A stretch of 64,000 nucleotides of DNA from NCBI GenBank assembly GCA_963826785.1, contig CAWGYD010000001.1, positions 736,001 to 800,000 of the forward strand. Direction: 5' to 3'. Below are positions 63,380-64,000 of the stretch, one piece after another. The DNA is from an uncultured delta proteobacterium (GTDB taxonomy: Bacteria > Desulfobacterota > Desulfobacteria > Desulfobacterales > Desulfosalsimonadaceae). Under the pieces are notes generated by a model, which saw only the letters and a list, made by a program, of their open reading frames with translations, was not told the DNA's origin and made no database searches. Numbering within the stretch: position 1 is the first letter of the stretch; each line of letters begins with the position of its first letter. Both the position numbers and the translations under genes were made by a program.

Positions 63380-64000
63380 ATGTCTCAAAAAGAAATTGGC
63401 GCTGTGATGGTTGTCGGCGGCGGCATCGCCGGCATGCAGGCGGCCCTGGATGCGGCTGATTCCGGTTATTACGTCTATCTGGTCGAAAGGTCGTCTTCCA
63501 TCGGCGGGGTGATGTCCCAACTGGACAAGACCTTTCCCACCAATGATTGCGCCATGTGAGTCATCTCGCCCAAACTGGTCGAGGTCGGCCGGCACATCAA
63601 CATCGAGTTAATGACCCTGTCCGAAGTTTCCAGCATTTCCGGCGAACAGGGAAATTTTGCGGTCTCCCTGCGGCAGTATCCCCGCTACGTGGATCTGGAG
63701 AAATGTATCGCCTGCGGGCTGTGTTCGGACAAGTGCCCCAGGCGGGTCAAAAATGAATATGACGGCAGCCTGAGTGAACGCAAGGCCATTTACGTCAAAT
63801 ATGCCCAGGCGGTTCCCCTCAAATACGCCATTGATCCGACCCAGTGCCTTTTTCTGACCAAGGGAAAATGCAAGGCGTGTGAAAAATTCTGCCCCGCCGG
63901 CGCCATTAATTATGACGAGCAGCCCAAAGACATCGACCTGAATGTGGGCGCCGTCATCCTGGCCGGCGGCTGCACCCCGTACGATCCGAAGATGCATGAC
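63380..64000 (+). CDS. hdrA: Heterodisulfide reductase subunit A-like flavoprotein, selenocysteine-containing, partial
   Basis: [12 protein letters not shown]...[11 protein letters not shown][TGA 63557-63559]-VISPKL...CIACGLC; the frame stays open to the window end. Confidence 0.92.
63560..63595 (+). promoter_or_regulatory. Bacterial SECIS-like stem-loop
   Basis: CTGGTCG-AGGT-CGGCCGG hairpin starting 16 nt after the UGA, with a G-containing apical loop. Confidence 0.75.

Noticed and set aside
63380..63559. hdrA as a nonsense pseudogene
   Set aside because: The TGA sits at a conserved Cys position, a SECIS-like hairpin follows, and the frame is otherwise intact.

Overview
A 64-kb core-genome segment of a GC-rich anaerobic deltaproteobacterium. 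The gene content (16-heme HmcA, Hdr, MglAB, sigma-54 EBP) fits a Desulfobacterales-like sulfate reducer, which is an inference. In order the window holds: a czcCBA-type heavy-metal RND efflux operon with a frameshifted Cys-rich leader ORF; an MFS transporter, an Ntn-hydrolase acylase and a tyrosine phosphatase; a paaK-ACT-livKHMGF-paaK2 operon; an enoyl-CoA hydratase; a PmtA-like methyltransferase; tRNA-Arg(UCU); an RpoH-like sigma factor; TPR and LolB-like lipoproteins; RimK-HD-UPF0280; mutS, an amidase and purB; a 12-gene MglB/MglA/wHTH/output-less HAMP sensor/DUF4388/PilB/PilZ/adenylate cyclase signalling locus; an acyl-CoA dehydrogenase; a sigma-54-driven NuoEFG-like plus HdrA-MvhD operon with no catalytic subunit; and hmcABCD followed by an HmcE/HdrC fusion, hdrB and hdrA. 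Signals absent from the ORF track include a Phe-rich leader peptide with a complete five-segment attenuator ahead of paaK, a selenocysteine-recoded HdrA (in-frame UGA plus SECIS), a 46-aa HmcD, and a highly structured ~450-nt leader before hmcA. No CRISPR array, IS element or prophage was seen. All calls come from motif reading by eye; no searches were run.
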